A DNA stretch of 64,000 nucleotides, from contig JANQQL010000050.1 in NCBI GenBank assembly GCA_028289345.1, positions 202,370 to 266,369 on the forward strand, read 5' to 3'. Made by a program: the position numbers and the translations under genes. A model generated the notes under the pieces. That model did not search any database. It was given only the letters and a program-made list of their open reading frames with translations, and was not told where the DNA came from. Numbering within the stretch: position 1 is the first letter of the stretch; each line of letters starts with the position of its first letter. The stretch is from Planctomycetota bacterium (GTDB taxonomy: Bacteria > Planctomycetota > B15-G4 > SIAN01). Of this stretch, positions 9,240-19,869 are shown one piece after another.

Positions 9240-11309
9240 ATGAAGGACCGCTGGAAGAGTGGCCCGACCACCGCCCAGGACGACATCGACGAGCTGGTGT
9301 TCCTCTCCCACATCCTCGGGGAGGAAGAGACCTTGGTCCAGCCGGGAGGCGGCAACACGTCGGTCAAGGTCACCCAGACCGGCGACGATGGCCAACAGGA
9401 GTTGGTTCTCGCCGTGAAGGGCAGCGGGACCGACCTGCGCACCATTCCTCGCGAAGGATTCACGCGACTGTCCATGCAACGCCTGGCCGGGCTGCAACGA
9501 CGTGGCGAGATGAGCGACGAAGAGATGATGGCGTTCATGAATCGCTGCATGCTGGCCGGCGGTGGACCCGTCCCCAGCGTCGAGACCCCCCTGCACTCCT
9601 TGCTGCCGCACCGGGTCATCGCCCACACCCACGATGTCGCCACCATGAGCCTCACCAATATCGCCGAGCAGCAGTCTCGAGAGTGGATGCAAGAGCTGTT
9701 CGATCAGCGGCTGTTCTACGTCCCCTACGTGAGGCCGGGTTTTCCCCTGGCCGCCCAGGTGGCCCAGGTCGTTGACCAGATCCCCCGAGATGCCTGGGGC
9801 CTCGCTCTCGCCCATCACGGCCTGGTCGCTTGGGGAGACAACGCCAAAGAGTGCTACGAACACCTGCGCTCCCTGGTCGGAGTGATGGAAGAATTCTTCG
9901 GCAAGAAGAAGCAAGGCAAGTCGGTGTTCGGCAGCGTGTCGGTGGAACCCTCGCCGGCTGCTTCGCGAAGCGAACTTGCCTCCTTGCTGATGCCGGTGAT
10001 CCGCGGAGAACTCGGCCAAGAAGAACGGGTCATCCTGCACTTCGATGACTCCGAGCACGTGCTTGGCGCGATCGGCCGCGAAGGATTCGGCCCGCTTTCG
10101 CAAAAGGGCATGGTCACTCCGGAACACATTCTGCGCGCCGGCCGAATGCCGCTCTGGGTGGATGTCGACCTGGGGGCACCACCGAGCCAGCTGATCGCTC
10201 GGACCAAGGAAAAACTGCAAGGTGCGGCGAAGGAATACCGCGCTTACCACCAGCGCCATTCTCAAGCCAAGCCGATTCCAGACTGGGCCAAAGTCGTGTT
10301 GATCCCTGGCCTCGGCATGGTCACTGCTTTCAAGGACAAGAAGAGCGCGGCGACGGCGGCGCTCTGCTACCACGCCTGCATCGACACCTTGGAGAACGCA
10401 GAAGCAGCCTCCGGATTCGAGTTCATCTCGGAAGAAGACGTGTTCGAGTTCGAGCACTGGCCGCTGGAGCGGCGCAAGGTCGAGGAGAGCATCGAGAAGG
10501 AACGCAAGTCGCTACTTTTGCCGCGGCGCGTGGTCCTGGTCGTGGGCGGCGGCAGCGGCATTGGCGAGGCCTCGGCCTGGCGATTCGCCGAAGAAGGGGC
10601 CCACGTGGTCGTCGCCGACGTGACTCTGGAGAACGCCCAAAAAGTTGCCGACGAGATTGGGGCAAAGTTCAAAACCCGGGTTTCGGCGGTCTCCTTGGAC
10701 GTGCGGGACGATGCCCAGATCGCCGCGGCCATCGATCACACGGTCCTCGAGTTTGGCGGCCTGGATTGCTTGTTCTACACTGCGGGAGTCCCTCCGCACT
10801 TCGCACGCATCACGGAACTCGACCGAGCCAATCTGCAAAAGCAGGTCGACGTGCACTACCACGGCGCGGTGCTGACCATGGGCGCCGCGGCCAAGGTGAT
10901 GGAACGCCAAGGATTGGGCGGGTCGATCCTGTGCTCCGTCTCCAAAGCAGCTCTCGCTCCGGGCAAAGAAGCCCTGGCCTATGGCGGCAGCAAGGCCGCG
11001 TTGCAGCAAGCGGTCCGGGTCGCCGCCCTGGAGCTCGGCAGCTCGAACATCCGGGTGAACGCCATCAATGCCGATCAAGTGGACACCCCTTTGTTCCGCG
11101 CGTTCGTCGCGGCTCGTGCCGAGTCCCAAGGCAAGACTCTCGAGCAACAGCTCGCGAAGTACCGGGAACGCAATGCCATGGGGACTTCGTTGATTCCCGC
11201 ACGCAGCGTCGCGGAGATCGCGGTGTTGCTGGCAAGCGATCGATTCGCCTACACCACCGGCGACATCCTGACGGTGGACGGAGGACTTCCGGACGCGTTT
11301 CCCCGATGA
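9240..11309 (+). CDS. bifunctional class II aldolase / short-chain dehydrogenase (rhamnulose-1-phosphate aldolase/alcohol dehydrogenase-like)
   Basis: N-terminal class II aldolase/adducin-like domain followed by an SDR domain (VVLVVGGGSGIGEA... YGGSKAA). Start at ATG 9240 inside ORF 9069..11309. Confidence 0.85.
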   Translation: MKDRWKSGPTTAQDDIDELVFLSHILGEEETLVQPGGGNTSVKVTQTGDDGQQELVLAVKGSGTDLRTIPREGFTRLSMQRLAGLQRRGEMSDEEMMAFMNRCMLAGGGPVPSVETPLHSLLPHRVIAHTHDVATMSLTNIAEQQSREWMQELFDQRLFYVPYVRPGFPLAAQVAQVVDQIPRDAWGLALAHHGLVAWGDNAKECYEHLRSLVGVMEEFFGKKKQGKSVFGSVSVEPSPAASRSELASLLMPVIRGELGQEERVILHFDDSEHVLGAIGREGFGPLSQKGMVTPEHILRAGRMPLWVDVDLGAPPSQLIARTKEKLQGAAKEYRAYHQRHSQAKPIPDWAKVVLIPGLGMVTAFKDKKSAATAALCYHACIDTLENAEAASGFEFISEEDVFEFEHWPLERRKVEESIEKERKSLLLPRRVVLVVGGGSGIGEASAWRFAEEGAHVVVADVTLENAQKVADEIGAKFKTRVSAVSLDVRDDAQIAAAIDHTVLEFGGLDCLFYTAGVPPHFARITELDRANLQKQVDVHYHGAVLTMGAAAKVMERQGLGGSILCSVSKAALAPGKEALAYGGSKAALQQAVRVAALELGSSNIRVNAINADQVDTPLFRAFVAARAESQGKTLEQQLAKYRERNAMGTSLIPARSVAEIAVLLASDRFAYTTGDILTVDGGLPDAFPR

Positions 11310-11482
11310 GGACGATGACTCGTTCGCTTCCCATCGTGAGCCCGTGCTGATCGAACTTTGAACGTCCGAACTCGATGCGGCAAATCAGACTCGCGCGAGT
11401 AACTCCGCCGTAATGCTCGGGAACAAGCCCACTTCTACTATCTCTCCTGACCGCAATTGTTCCGGCTTCAAGGAGAGTCATC

Positions 11483-12235
11483 ATGTTGTGTTCACGGTTT
11501 CTGGCGAGCACCCTCGGCATCGTTTCTTTGGGTGCGACCGCCATCGCAGGAGAACCCGAGGAATTCGCCGAGTTCGCCATCTTCATCGAGATCAATGCCA
11601 CGGACGGGGACGCCGGCTTGCAAGGCAAGATCGACGGCGATGCCTGGCACCGCGCTCGCATCTATGGTCCGAACGAGGCGGTGGTCTTCGAGTATCGGGC
11701 CAAGGACAATCTCGGCGACCATGGCGTCACCGAAGTGCAGTGGGAAAGCAACGAGCCGCCTTTTGATGAGTTTCCACTCGCCGACTTCTTGGCGCTGTTC
11801 CCAGAAGGGGAGTATCGGGCTCGGGGCAAGACCGTCGAAGACGGACGACTGGTCTCGACCGCTGATCTCACCCATGACCTTCCCGCCGGCCCGGTGATCA
11901 CCTCTCACGAAGACGAAGATGAGGTGGAGCTCGACGGAAGCAACTTGAAGATCGAGTGGCTGGCGGTGACCGAAGACTATCGCGGGGGAGCACTCGCCTC
12001 CGACATCGACGGCTACGTCGTGGTTGCAGAAGTCGATCTGGAGATCATGGGCGTCGAGGTCACTCAAGTGGTCACCATTGATGTCGACGCCGACACTCAC
12101 TTTGCCGAGATTCCCGGCGACTTCCTCTTCCCGGGTCGCGAGTACAAGATCGAAATCGGGGCTCGAGAATCGAGCGGCAACTTGACATTCACGGAAATGG
12201 CGTTGTGCACCGTGGATGAAGTCCCCGACGCCTGA
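11483..12235 (+). CDS. secreted acidic hypothetical protein
   Basis: Signal peptide MLCSRFLASTLGIVSLGATAIAG, an acidic non-repetitive body, and an RBS-like aaggagag upstream. Confidence 0.6.
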   Translation: MLCSRFLASTLGIVSLGATAIAGEPEEFAEFAIFIEINATDGDAGLQGKIDGDAWHRARIYGPNEAVVFEYRAKDNLGDHGVTEVQWESNEPPFDEFPLADFLALFPEGEYRARGKTVEDGRLVSTADLTHDLPAGPVITSHEDEDEVELDGSNLKIEWLAVTEDYRGGALASDIDGYVVVAEVDLEIMGVEVTQVVTIDVDADTHFAEIPGDFLFPGREYKIEIGARESSGNLTFTEMALCTVDEVPDA

Positions 12236-12334
12236 ATCGATCCCCGCTTCCTCACTGGTGGCTCTGGCTGCTCCTCCGATTCGGACCGCGAACGCGGTTC
12301 CCCAAGAGCAGTCAGGGTCACCAGCGGACTCCTC

Positions 12335-13840
12335 ATGACTTGCCCCGCACTCATCAAGAGACCTTGGGCCGTCGTTGCCTGGGGATTTGCCATCGGCCTG
12401 CTGGGGACCGTGAGCTGGTTGTGCTCGGGGACGAGGTCGGCTCCTCGCCCCGTCCCCGCCCGGGCCGCGCCTTCCAGCGGACCTTTGTCTTCGAGCGCCA
12501 TCTCCGGCGGTCCCGAGAACCCCGTCCTTCGCGTTCGAGAACCCGATCGGTTCCACTCTTCCGCGCAGGAATCACTCCGATGGGACCGTCGGATCCCCAC
12601 GACGAGTCCCATCGAAAAAGTCGAGACCCGGTACTCCCGCGTTCGCGTCCGCGGTCAGCTGCTTCTTGGCGGACAACCTTGTGCTCAACGGGCACTGGCA
12701 TTCCGACCCTTGGGGACGGGTGTTCGGGAGGGTGAGGAGCTGGGGTGGGTGGAAACTGATGGATCGGGACGCTTCGAGCAATCCCTGCCCGCCGGTGGGT
12801 TCGTCGTTCTCGATGAACAGACCGGAGCCTTTGTCGACAATCTGATGCTGAACGGAGTCGCACCCGACGTCACTTGCTTGTTGGAGATGCCCGATCAGAA
12901 ACTCCACGGTCGGGTCACAGGAATCGATGGCTCCCCTCTTTCCGGAGTTCGGGTCCAAGCAGTCCGGTTGTTCTCCCTGTCCGAGGCGGCCGCAGTCATG
13001 GACCTCGCCTTGATGTCTCCGGGAGGCCACATCCGGACAAATCACCGGGGTGAGTATTCGCTCGAGACACTCGTTCCCGGTGACTACCTCGTGACCTGGA
13101 AGCAGCGGGGCTCGACCACTTTGGTTCGCCGGCTCACGGTGCACGGAAAACTCGCTCCGGTGAATGCCACGCTCGATGCATCCGTCGACTGGCACGGCTT
13201 CGTTCATGACGCGGCCGGTCATCCCTTGTCGATGGAACTCTTGCTCTGGAGAGAAGACGGACCCGGTCTCAGCCAGCTCTTGTTGGGAACGCGGGTTCGG
13301 AGCACGCGTGACGGAACCGTGGTCGTTCCGGGGCTCGCACCTGGCAGGTACCACGTGGTCGGATTCGGCGAGAACGATCGCGGCGATTTGGCGTTGTTCG
13401 AGACCATTGAATTGGCCCGAGGCGCCAAGAGATTTGAACTGGCCGCACGGTTCGCTGGCGCCGTCACTGCCACGGTCCGGGGACCCGACGGAGGTCCGCT
13501 TCGCGGCGCCACCCTCGACCTACGAACTCTCGAAGGAGCCCCGTGCGTGGCCAGTCAGGAGTGGTTCGAACACGGGGTGACTGCGGACGACCAAGGCAGA
13601 ATCCAACTAGACGACATGATTCCCGGTCGATACCGAATCGCGGCAACTCGCCATGGATGCAAAGGCCCCGACAAGCAGATCCATGTCAGGTTCGGGCAAC
13701 GCGTAAATGTGGACCTGCGATGGGGGTCCGCGGATGAGTTCGGCAGTGGCGATCATTGTTTGCCACGGAAGCCAACGTTGCTCGAAACTCACCCGGCGCC
13801 CCGATCTCCTGTCGGCCGTCGGGAACCCCTCGTCGAATGA
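12335..13840 (+). CDS. hypothetical exported protein with carboxypeptidase-regulatory-like beta-sandwich repeats
   Basis: N-terminal hydrophobic segment WAVVAWGFAIGLLGTVSWL. Repeated segments of the form VTGIDGSPLSGVRVQAV ... GEYSLETLVPGDYLV are typical of CarboxypepD_reg-like domains. Confidence 0.55.
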   Translation: MTCPALIKRPWAVVAWGFAIGLLGTVSWLCSGTRSAPRPVPARAAPSSGPLSSSAISGGPENPVLRVREPDRFHSSAQESLRWDRRIPTTSPIEKVETRYSRVRVRGQLLLGGQPCAQRALAFRPLGTGVREGEELGWVETDGSGRFEQSLPAGGFVVLDEQTGAFVDNLMLNGVAPDVTCLLEMPDQKLHGRVTGIDGSPLSGVRVQAVRLFSLSEAAAVMDLALMSPGGHIRTNHRGEYSLETLVPGDYLVTWKQRGSTTLVRRLTVHGKLAPVNATLDASVDWHGFVHDAAGHPLSMELLLWREDGPGLSQLLLGTRVRSTRDGTVVVPGLAPGRYHVVGFGENDRGDLALFETIELARGAKRFELAARFAGAVTATVRGPDGGPLRGATLDLRTLEGAPCVASQEWFEHGVTADDQGRIQLDDMIPGRYRIAATRHGCKGPDKQIHVRFGQRVNVDLRWGSADEFGSGDHCLPRKPTLLETHPAPRSPVGRREPLVE

Positions 13841-13858
13841 GGACTCTCTGACGCTCAC

Positions 13859-15070
13859 TCACGTCGAGGAGCCTGTCCCTCGAAGAACGGACCGCGTGGT
13901 GAGCCGTTTGGACAACCTGGGGGCCGCCGAAGTTCGTCGGTCGACCAATGAACGGTAGAGCGCCACATAGTCCGCCACCATTCGGCGAGAACCGAACCGA
14001 TGTCGAGCATCGACTCGGCCGCGGCACGCGAGGGCTTCGCGAAGCCCTCGATTCGCCAGCAACTCCTCAATCCGCGCCGCGCATTGGTCCACCGCACCGG
14101 GGACAAACAGGAGTCCCGTCGCACCATCCTGGACCACCTCTCGCATCCCCCCCGCGGCAGCGCAAACCGGAACGCATCCCATTGCCATCGCTTCGACGGG
14201 GGCGAGCCCGAATGCCTCGTTCGTAGACGCCGAAACAAAGACGTCCGCACCAGCAAGCAGCTCCGCCACATTCTCCACGAAACCGACATGCTGAACGCGC
14301 GGCGATCCCTCGAGCTTCGCCTGCAGAGACCGCTGCCACGACGGCGTCCCCCCCATCTCGCCGGCCAGCACGAACCAAGCTCGCACTCCCTTCCGCAGCA
14401 GGCGAAGGGCCGCCTCGACGAACACCTCGGGCTGTTTGCCAGGAACGACTCGGGCCAGAGAGGCAACGACCAGGCCTTCCGGTGGGGCGCCCAATTGCCG
14501 GCGAAGCTTCCTTCTCGCGAAAAGGACATCCAGCCTGCGGGGATCGAAAGTGTCTTCGTCGATGCCGTTGAGAACGACTCGAAGGCGACGTTCCTTCACG
14601 ATGCTTTGACGCCGAAGGTCTGCCGCCACCGCTCGGGAAACTGCAACCGTCCGAGTCACCGAAGATCGGTAGAGCCAACGATTGAATGCGTGATTCTTGA
14701 TGGCCTTGAGGTTGTGCCGGGTCCTCACCAAGGGAATTGGGCACGCCCCGATCGATCGCGACCAGGCCACCAACCAGGTGTCCCAAGAAGCATGGGTGTG
14801 AACCACATCCACCTGGCGGAGCAGTCGACGAATCCGGCCAAGATCCTGAGCAAGGGATCGGAGTGCGATCGGGGCGTGGACCAGATTCAGGGGAACGACC
14901 CTTGCGCCGTGTCCCGCGAGCCGTGACTCCAACGCCGATCCCCGCTGCGCTCCAATGGTGACCTCGTGCCCCTCCGAGAGGAGGCCACGGCACAACATCT
15001 GGATCATCGCCGTTTCGCCGTTCCATCCCCGCTTCTTGCATGTCAAGAGAACTCGCACACCGTGAATCAT
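13859..15070 (-). CDS. glycosyltransferase family 4 (GT-B fold)
   Basis: The C-terminal half carries the GT4 signature EAFGLAPVEAMAMGCVPV. Start chosen at MIHGVRVLL inside ORF 13859..15121. Confidence 0.85.
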   Translation of the reverse strand: MIHGVRVLLTCKKRGWNGETAMIQMLCRGLLSEGHEVTIGAQRGSALESRLAGHGARVVPLNLVHAPIALRSLAQDLGRIRRLLRQVDVVHTHASWDTWLVAWSRSIGACPIPLVRTRHNLKAIKNHAFNRWLYRSSVTRTVAVSRAVAADLRRQSIVKERRLRVVLNGIDEDTFDPRRLDVLFARRKLRRQLGAPPEGLVVASLARVVPGKQPEVFVEAALRLLRKGVRAWFVLAGEMGGTPSWQRSLQAKLEGSPRVQHVGFVENVAELLAGADVFVSASTNEAFGLAPVEAMAMGCVPVCAAAGGMREVVQDGATGLLFVPGAVDQCAARIEELLANRGLREALACRGRVDARHRFGSRRMVADYVALYRSLVDRRTSAAPRLSKRLTTRSVLRGTGSST

Positions 15071-15270
15071 CTCCACGGTTCCTCGCGAGGGGATTACCGC
15101 ACCATTACCGGTGATCAGCAAATTCGCGTGGGGCCAATCCTCCTGAGAGCCATTGACTCATGAGTTCGATCGCAAGAATTGCAAACACAGTCGTGGTCGT
15201 TCACGCCATGACAGAGCGGGAAAGGACTCCGTTCACCACGACCGCTCGTGGTCGCTTTCAACCGCTTCGA

Positions 15271-16677
15271 TCAGCTCTGGGGGCCATTCAACGTGGCCCG
15301 AAAACGGCCTTCACAAAACTCGAAGCGAAGCTCGCAACCCGCCTTGGCCGCCAAGGCGGACGACAACGCCAGCCCCAAGCCCGAGCGTTCTCGATCCGTG
15401 CGGGCGCTGTCCTTTCGCCAGAACGGTTGGGTGAGCAGCTCGAGGTCGTGGTCTTCGAGATTCGGAGCCTCGTTTTCGACGGCAACTGACCAATTCGACC
15501 CGCCATTGCGGTGCTGGCATTCGATCGTGGAGTGGGGGGACGAGTGATAGACGGCGTTGCCAAGAAGGTTCGATAGGACGATGCGAATCACTTCCCCGTC
15601 TCCCTGAACCCGGGTGTCCTCGGGAATTCGATTCACGACGACAAGCTTTCGATCCCGCACCGGCTCCGCGATGGATCGCAGAAGTTCCTGCAACACCGGG
15701 GTCAGCTCGACGGGCTGTTTCTCGAAGCTTTCGGTCCCCATTTCCAAGCGCGCGAGCTTCAGCAAAGTGGAAACGGAGCCACCCATCTTCCAGGCGATCT
15801 CGCGGGTCGTGATCAACGCGCGCATCGTGGTTTCCAGGTCCTCACCATTGCGCAATGCGACTTCCGAAGAAGTGATCAATTCAGCGATCGGAGTTCGCAA
15901 CTCGTGGGCGATGTCGGCGGTGGTTCGACGTTCACGCTGAAGCGCTTTGTCGACCCGGCGAATCAGCAGGTCCGCCTTGTCCGCCACCGGGGTCAACTCC
16001 GACGGGAGCGGGCCGGTCTCGAGAGACTCGGGTAGATCGTTGACCGAGATGGCGTCCAGGGTCGAGGCCAGGCGACGGGTGGGTTCAAGGCCCCGCTCCA
16101 CGGTGACCCAGGCCAGGATCGCGATCAAAGTGATCAGCAGCAACGAGCCACCGACACAGCTCCCCATCACTTTGCCTTGGGCAGCGACGAGAGATTCGGT
16201 GCCGCGGCCCACCACCACGACGACCTTGGCGGCCTCCGGTCGATTCGGACCCCACTCGGGGTAGACGTGATGAATCTCGATCAACTGAGCGACCAGCCGG
16301 CCGGGACGTCCATCGGGAAGGGGCTCCGACCAATAGCTCGGATCGACGTCGGGAATCTCCGGGGGGAACAGTTCCTCTTCTCCCAGAGAGTTCGAGACCT
16401 CCAGCGGAGTGCCATCCTCGAAGGTCAGTTGAAAGTACGAGGGGTTCGTCGCCGATTCGTACTCCGGCATCAGCTCATCGGAAAACTCGAAGTGCACCTC
16501 GTCTTCCGTTTGAAACAGAATCGAGGCAAGCCCCTGCACACGATCGGCAAGATTGCGGTCGAACTGCTCTTCCAGGGAAACCTTCACCGCCTGGTACACC
16601 ACCACCCCCGCACCGGCCACGATGAGCGTCGTCCCGGCCAGGAGCCGACTCATGAGGAAGCTCCGAAAAGACCTCAC
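15271..16677 (-). CDS. sensor histidine kinase
   Basis: Two TM segments, H-box AHELRTPIAEL, and a HATPase with GLGLALSSALAAKAGCEL. It is start-overlapped (ATGA) by the upstream response regulator. Confidence 0.85.
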   Translation of the reverse strand: MRSFRSFLMSRLLAGTTLIVAGAGVVVYQAVKVSLEEQFDRNLADRVQGLASILFQTEDEVHFEFSDELMPEYESATNPSYFQLTFEDGTPLEVSNSLGEEELFPPEIPDVDPSYWSEPLPDGRPGRLVAQLIEIHHVYPEWGPNRPEAAKVVVVVGRGTESLVAAQGKVMGSCVGGSLLLITLIAILAWVTVERGLEPTRRLASTLDAISVNDLPESLETGPLPSELTPVADKADLLIRRVDKALQRERRTTADIAHELRTPIAELITSSEVALRNGEDLETTMRALITTREIAWKMGGSVSTLLKLARLEMGTESFEKQPVELTPVLQELLRSIAEPVRDRKLVVVNRIPEDTRVQGDGEVIRIVLSNLLGNAVYHSSPHSTIECQHRNGGSNWSVAVENEAPNLEDHDLELLTQPFWRKDSARTDRERSGLGLALSSALAAKAGCELRFEFCEGRFRATLNGPQS

Positions 16678-17345
16678 GGGGACGGGCTCTCGAGGACGTA
16701 ACCCTGCCCCCTCTTCGTGCGGACCAGGTGCTTGCGATCACCCAGCTTGTTGCGCAGGAGACAAATGGTGGAGTCCACCGCATTGCTCGAAGGAAGCCGG
16801 TGGACTCCATAGATGTGATCCTCGATCTCCTCTCGGGACACCGTTTGGTCACGCCGCAAGGCAAGGTATTCGAGCAACGCGTACTCGCGAGTGGTCAAAT
16901 CCAGGGCCTTGCCATCGAGAGTGGCGCGACGGGCCACCACGTCCACTGCCAAGGGCCCCACCTCCACCGAAGAGCCCTTCTCTTGGTAACGCCGTCGGAC
17001 CAGGGCATGAATGCGCGCCAGCAACTCTTCGAACGCGAACGGTTTCACCAGGTAGTCGTCGGCGCCCATGTTGAGCCCCTGGACCCGATCTTCGAGTCGG
17101 TCCCGCGCGGTCAACACCAGGACGTGGGGACGGTCCGGTTTGTCGCGAAGCTCGGCAAGCACGCTCATGCCATCGAGCTTGGGAAGGAGCAGATCGAGGA
17201 TCAGCACGTCATAGGGGTTGTTGCGTGCGTAGCTCAGGCCCTGCTCACCGTCGGCCACCACGTCCACCGCGAAACCTTCGCGAGACAAGCCCAGCCTCAG
17301 TGACTCGAGGAGAGTCGGAGAGTCTTCGACCACGAGCACACGCAT
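16674..17345 (-). CDS. response regulator, OmpR/PhoB family
   Basis: REC domain MRVLVVEDS...DVLILDLLLPKLDG plus a winged-helix C-terminus (VRTKRGQGYVL). Confidence 0.9.
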   Translation of the reverse strand: MRVLVVEDSPTLLESLRLGLSREGFAVDVVADGEQGLSYARNNPYDVLILDLLLPKLDGMSVLAELRDKPDRPHVLVLTARDRLEDRVQGLNMGADDYLVKPFAFEELLARIHALVRRRYQEKGSSVEVGPLAVDVVARRATLDGKALDLTTREYALLEYLALRRDQTVSREEIEDHIYGVHRLPSSNAVDSTICLLRNKLGDRKHLVRTKRGQGYVLESPSP

Positions 17346-17351
17346 TGCGAT

Positions 17352-18026
17352 TCAGCGAGTCGTGAACGTGGTTTCAACGAAGGTACAGTTTCCATTGCGC
17401 CCCACTGCACCGATCTCGACATGGGTCTCGGCGCCGCGGCGCAGGACTCCTCGCGGCACTCGGAAGCAGCTCGTCATCGCGGGGAGAGTGACGCGCATCG
17501 TGTCCGAATCCCCTTGCTCCAGGCCGACTTGGTAGGCAACGGCTTCGGGGTTCGGCGTCCACTGCAAGCAGACCGTCGGGGAGACGTCAGTTTCCCCCTC
17601 GCGGGGATAGGTGACGAACGGTGCGGCGGGAAGCCGATGGGAAAACACCGCGCTGCCGCGCGCACGACGACCGTCCGCGGTACGAGCTCGCATGTCGTAC
17701 ACACCTTCCCGGTAGCGCTGCTTGAGTTCGTTCAGAGTGTACTCCTGAGACTCCAGCTTGAAGCCGGCGAGTGCCAGGTGCTGACCTTGGGGAGCTTCGA
17801 GACGGAACACTTCCGTGGTCAGGGGGCTGCGGACTTCGACGTGCCCCAAGAAATGCTCGCTCTCGGCCTGAAAGACCACCGCGGCTTCCCCGTTGTTGAC
17901 CGTGTACTCCAAGGTCATGCGCTCTTCCTTCAGGCGCACCATCGGTTCGGGTTTCTTGGAGTCTTGCCAAGCGAGCAGTGTCACCGAGCAAAGGGCAATG
18001 ACGGCAAAAGACTGGGACCGAATCAT
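17352..18026 (-). CDS. periplasmic hypothetical protein co-transcribed with the two-component system
   Basis: Signal peptide MIRSQSFAVIALCSVTLLAWQ. It ends 6 nt before the response-regulator start. Chosen as the internal-Met version of ORF 17352..18533. Confidence 0.6.
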   Translation of the reverse strand: MIRSQSFAVIALCSVTLLAWQDSKKPEPMVRLKEERMTLEYTVNNGEAAVVFQAESEHFLGHVEVRSPLTTEVFRLEAPQGQHLALAGFKLESQEYTLNELKQRYREGVYDMRARTADGRRARGSAVFSHRLPAAPFVTYPREGETDVSPTVCLQWTPNPEAVAYQVGLEQGDSDTMRVTLPAMTSCFRVPRGVLRRGAETHVEIGAVGRNGNCTFVETTFTTR

Positions 18027-18637
18027 CCTGAGAACTCCTTGAGGAACGCGCTTCTTCGGGACTCTCATCCTCCTCGGCGTTGGTGGGAGGAGCGCGACGC
18101 CGCACGGCTCGCTCCGTCCGCTTTCAAGGCCTGATCGATAATAGCCCCGGGATTCCCGGGCGAGGATTACGAGAAGGTTATGGCGATCGGCTCTCTTCGC
18201 CTCGCGCCCACCAGGCCGTTGAGCAGGCCTGCTGGCGGGCGACGGGCCCAAGGCGAACGGCCTGAGAAGCGGATCCCTCCGTCTCCCGGGGCGCCGGTTC
18301 GAGGCTTCGTGTTCGGTTGATTTCTTCCCTCCCCTACGGGTCGCGCAAGTTCCGGGATCGAATGGCGCACTCGGTCGTATAAGGAAGCAACCGTGGTGTC
18401 CTCCGGGAGAAAACTGGCCGCGGAGGTGGTGCCCGCACTCACTTCGCAGGTCCACCATTCGGCCTGGAAGGAATGTTCCGGTCGCGGTCTTCGGTTCGAG
18501 TTTCTGCAGATTCCCTGGATCCGTGGTCCTCAATCAATCGAAGACAAGACCGGTCCCGGCGGTGGGAAGCTGACCAGGAATCCGCTTCCCGGACGCCTCG
18601 TGGAATGGCCTGTCCCGCTCTGGATGAGAGAACTTTC

Positions 18638-19750
18638 ATGACCATGTCTCGATGGCTTCTGGCCGCCTGCCTCGCAGTGGCCGCTTGCGCGAACGACGAA
18701 CGATCCGTTTCCGCGACCGACTCGGTTCCGGCAGCGATGGCCGCTCCGGAAACTCTTTCCGTGGCCACCCTGGCAGGGGGCTGCTTCTGGTGCGTGGAGG
18801 CCCCCTTTGAAAAGGTTCCCGGAGTCGCGTCCGCGGTCTCCGGATACACCGGCGGGCACGTGAACGAACCGACCTACGAGCAGGTTTGCGCCGGCACCAC
18901 GGGCCATACCGAAGCCGTACAGGTGTTCTACGACCCCTCGGTCATCCGCTACGAAGACCTGCTCGAGGTGTTCTGGCGACAGATCAATCCGACCGATGCG
19001 GGTGGCCAGTTCGCCGACCGCGGCACCCAATACCGGACCGAGATCTTCTATCACGACGAAGCTCAACGAGTCGCCGCAGAAAAGTCGCGTGCCGCGTTGC
19101 AGGCGTCCGGCCGCTTTGACAAGAAGATCGTCACGGCGATCACCAAGCTCGAAAAGTTCTACGACGCCGAGGACTACCACCAGGACTACTACAAGAAGAA
19201 GCCCAGTCACTACCAGCGCTATCGCACCGGCTCCGGTCGCGACCGTTACCTGGACTCGGTGTGGGGCAAGGATCGCCAGGTGAGTTTCTCCACGCCCGCT
19301 TCTGCCTCGAAGAAGCTCCCCACGAAGGACGAGTTGAAGAAGACCTTGACCGAACTCCAGTACCGGGTGACCCAAGAGGACGGCACTGAACCGCCTTTCC
19401 GCAACGAGTACTGGGACAACAAAAAGCCCGGCCTGTACGTCGACATTGTGTCTGGGGAGCCGCTGTTCAGCTCCACGGACAAGTTCGATTCGGGCACCGG
19501 CTGGCCCAGCTTCACCGCTCCCGTGGCGGAACAGGCCTTGGCTTTCCACGAAGATCGCAAGCTTGGCTACGTGCGCAGTGAAGTCCGCAGCGCGGTCGCC
19601 GACTCGCACCTGGGGCACGTGTTCCCCGACGGTCCCGAGCCCACGGGCTTGCGCTACTGCATCAACTCCGCCGCCCTCCGATTCATCCCGGTGGCCGAAC
19701 TCGACAAAGAGGGGTACGGCAAGTACCGCGAACTGTTCATCGAAGACTGA
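18638..19750 (+). CDS. msrAB: bifunctional peptide-methionine sulfoxide reductase MsrA/MsrB, lipoprotein-type
   Basis: Signal/lipobox [10 protein letters not shown], MsrA active site GGCFWC, and an MsrB domain with GWPSF ... HLGHVF ... RYCINS. Confidence 0.9.
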   Translation: MTMSRWLLAACLAVAACANDERSVSATDSVPAAMAAPETLSVATLAGGCFWCVEAPFEKVPGVASAVSGYTGGHVNEPTYEQVCAGTTGHTEAVQVFYDPSVIRYEDLLEVFWRQINPTDAGGQFADRGTQYRTEIFYHDEAQRVAAEKSRAALQASGRFDKKIVTAITKLEKFYDAEDYHQDYYKKKPSHYQRYRTGSGRDRYLDSVWGKDRQVSFSTPASASKKLPTKDELKKTLTELQYRVTQEDGTEPPFRNEYWDNKKPGLYVDIVSGEPLFSSTDKFDSGTGWPSFTAPVAEQALAFHEDRKLGYVRSEVRSAVADSHLGHVFPDGPEPTGLRYCINSAALRFIPVAELDKEGYGKYRELFIED

Positions 19751-19869
19751 TCTCGACGTTCGTGAAGCCGGGATTCATGAGCACCGTGGGCCAAGGCGAT
19801 GGACCCCGGTCCGCAACGGTGTTCATGAATCAACGGCGACGACGAATCGGGTCCTTCGCCGTCCTCTGA

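Noticed and set aside
9033-10457. 474-aa minus-strand ORF
   Set aside because: Antisense to the aldolase/SDR fusion gene, which has clear SDR motifs. Artefact composition.
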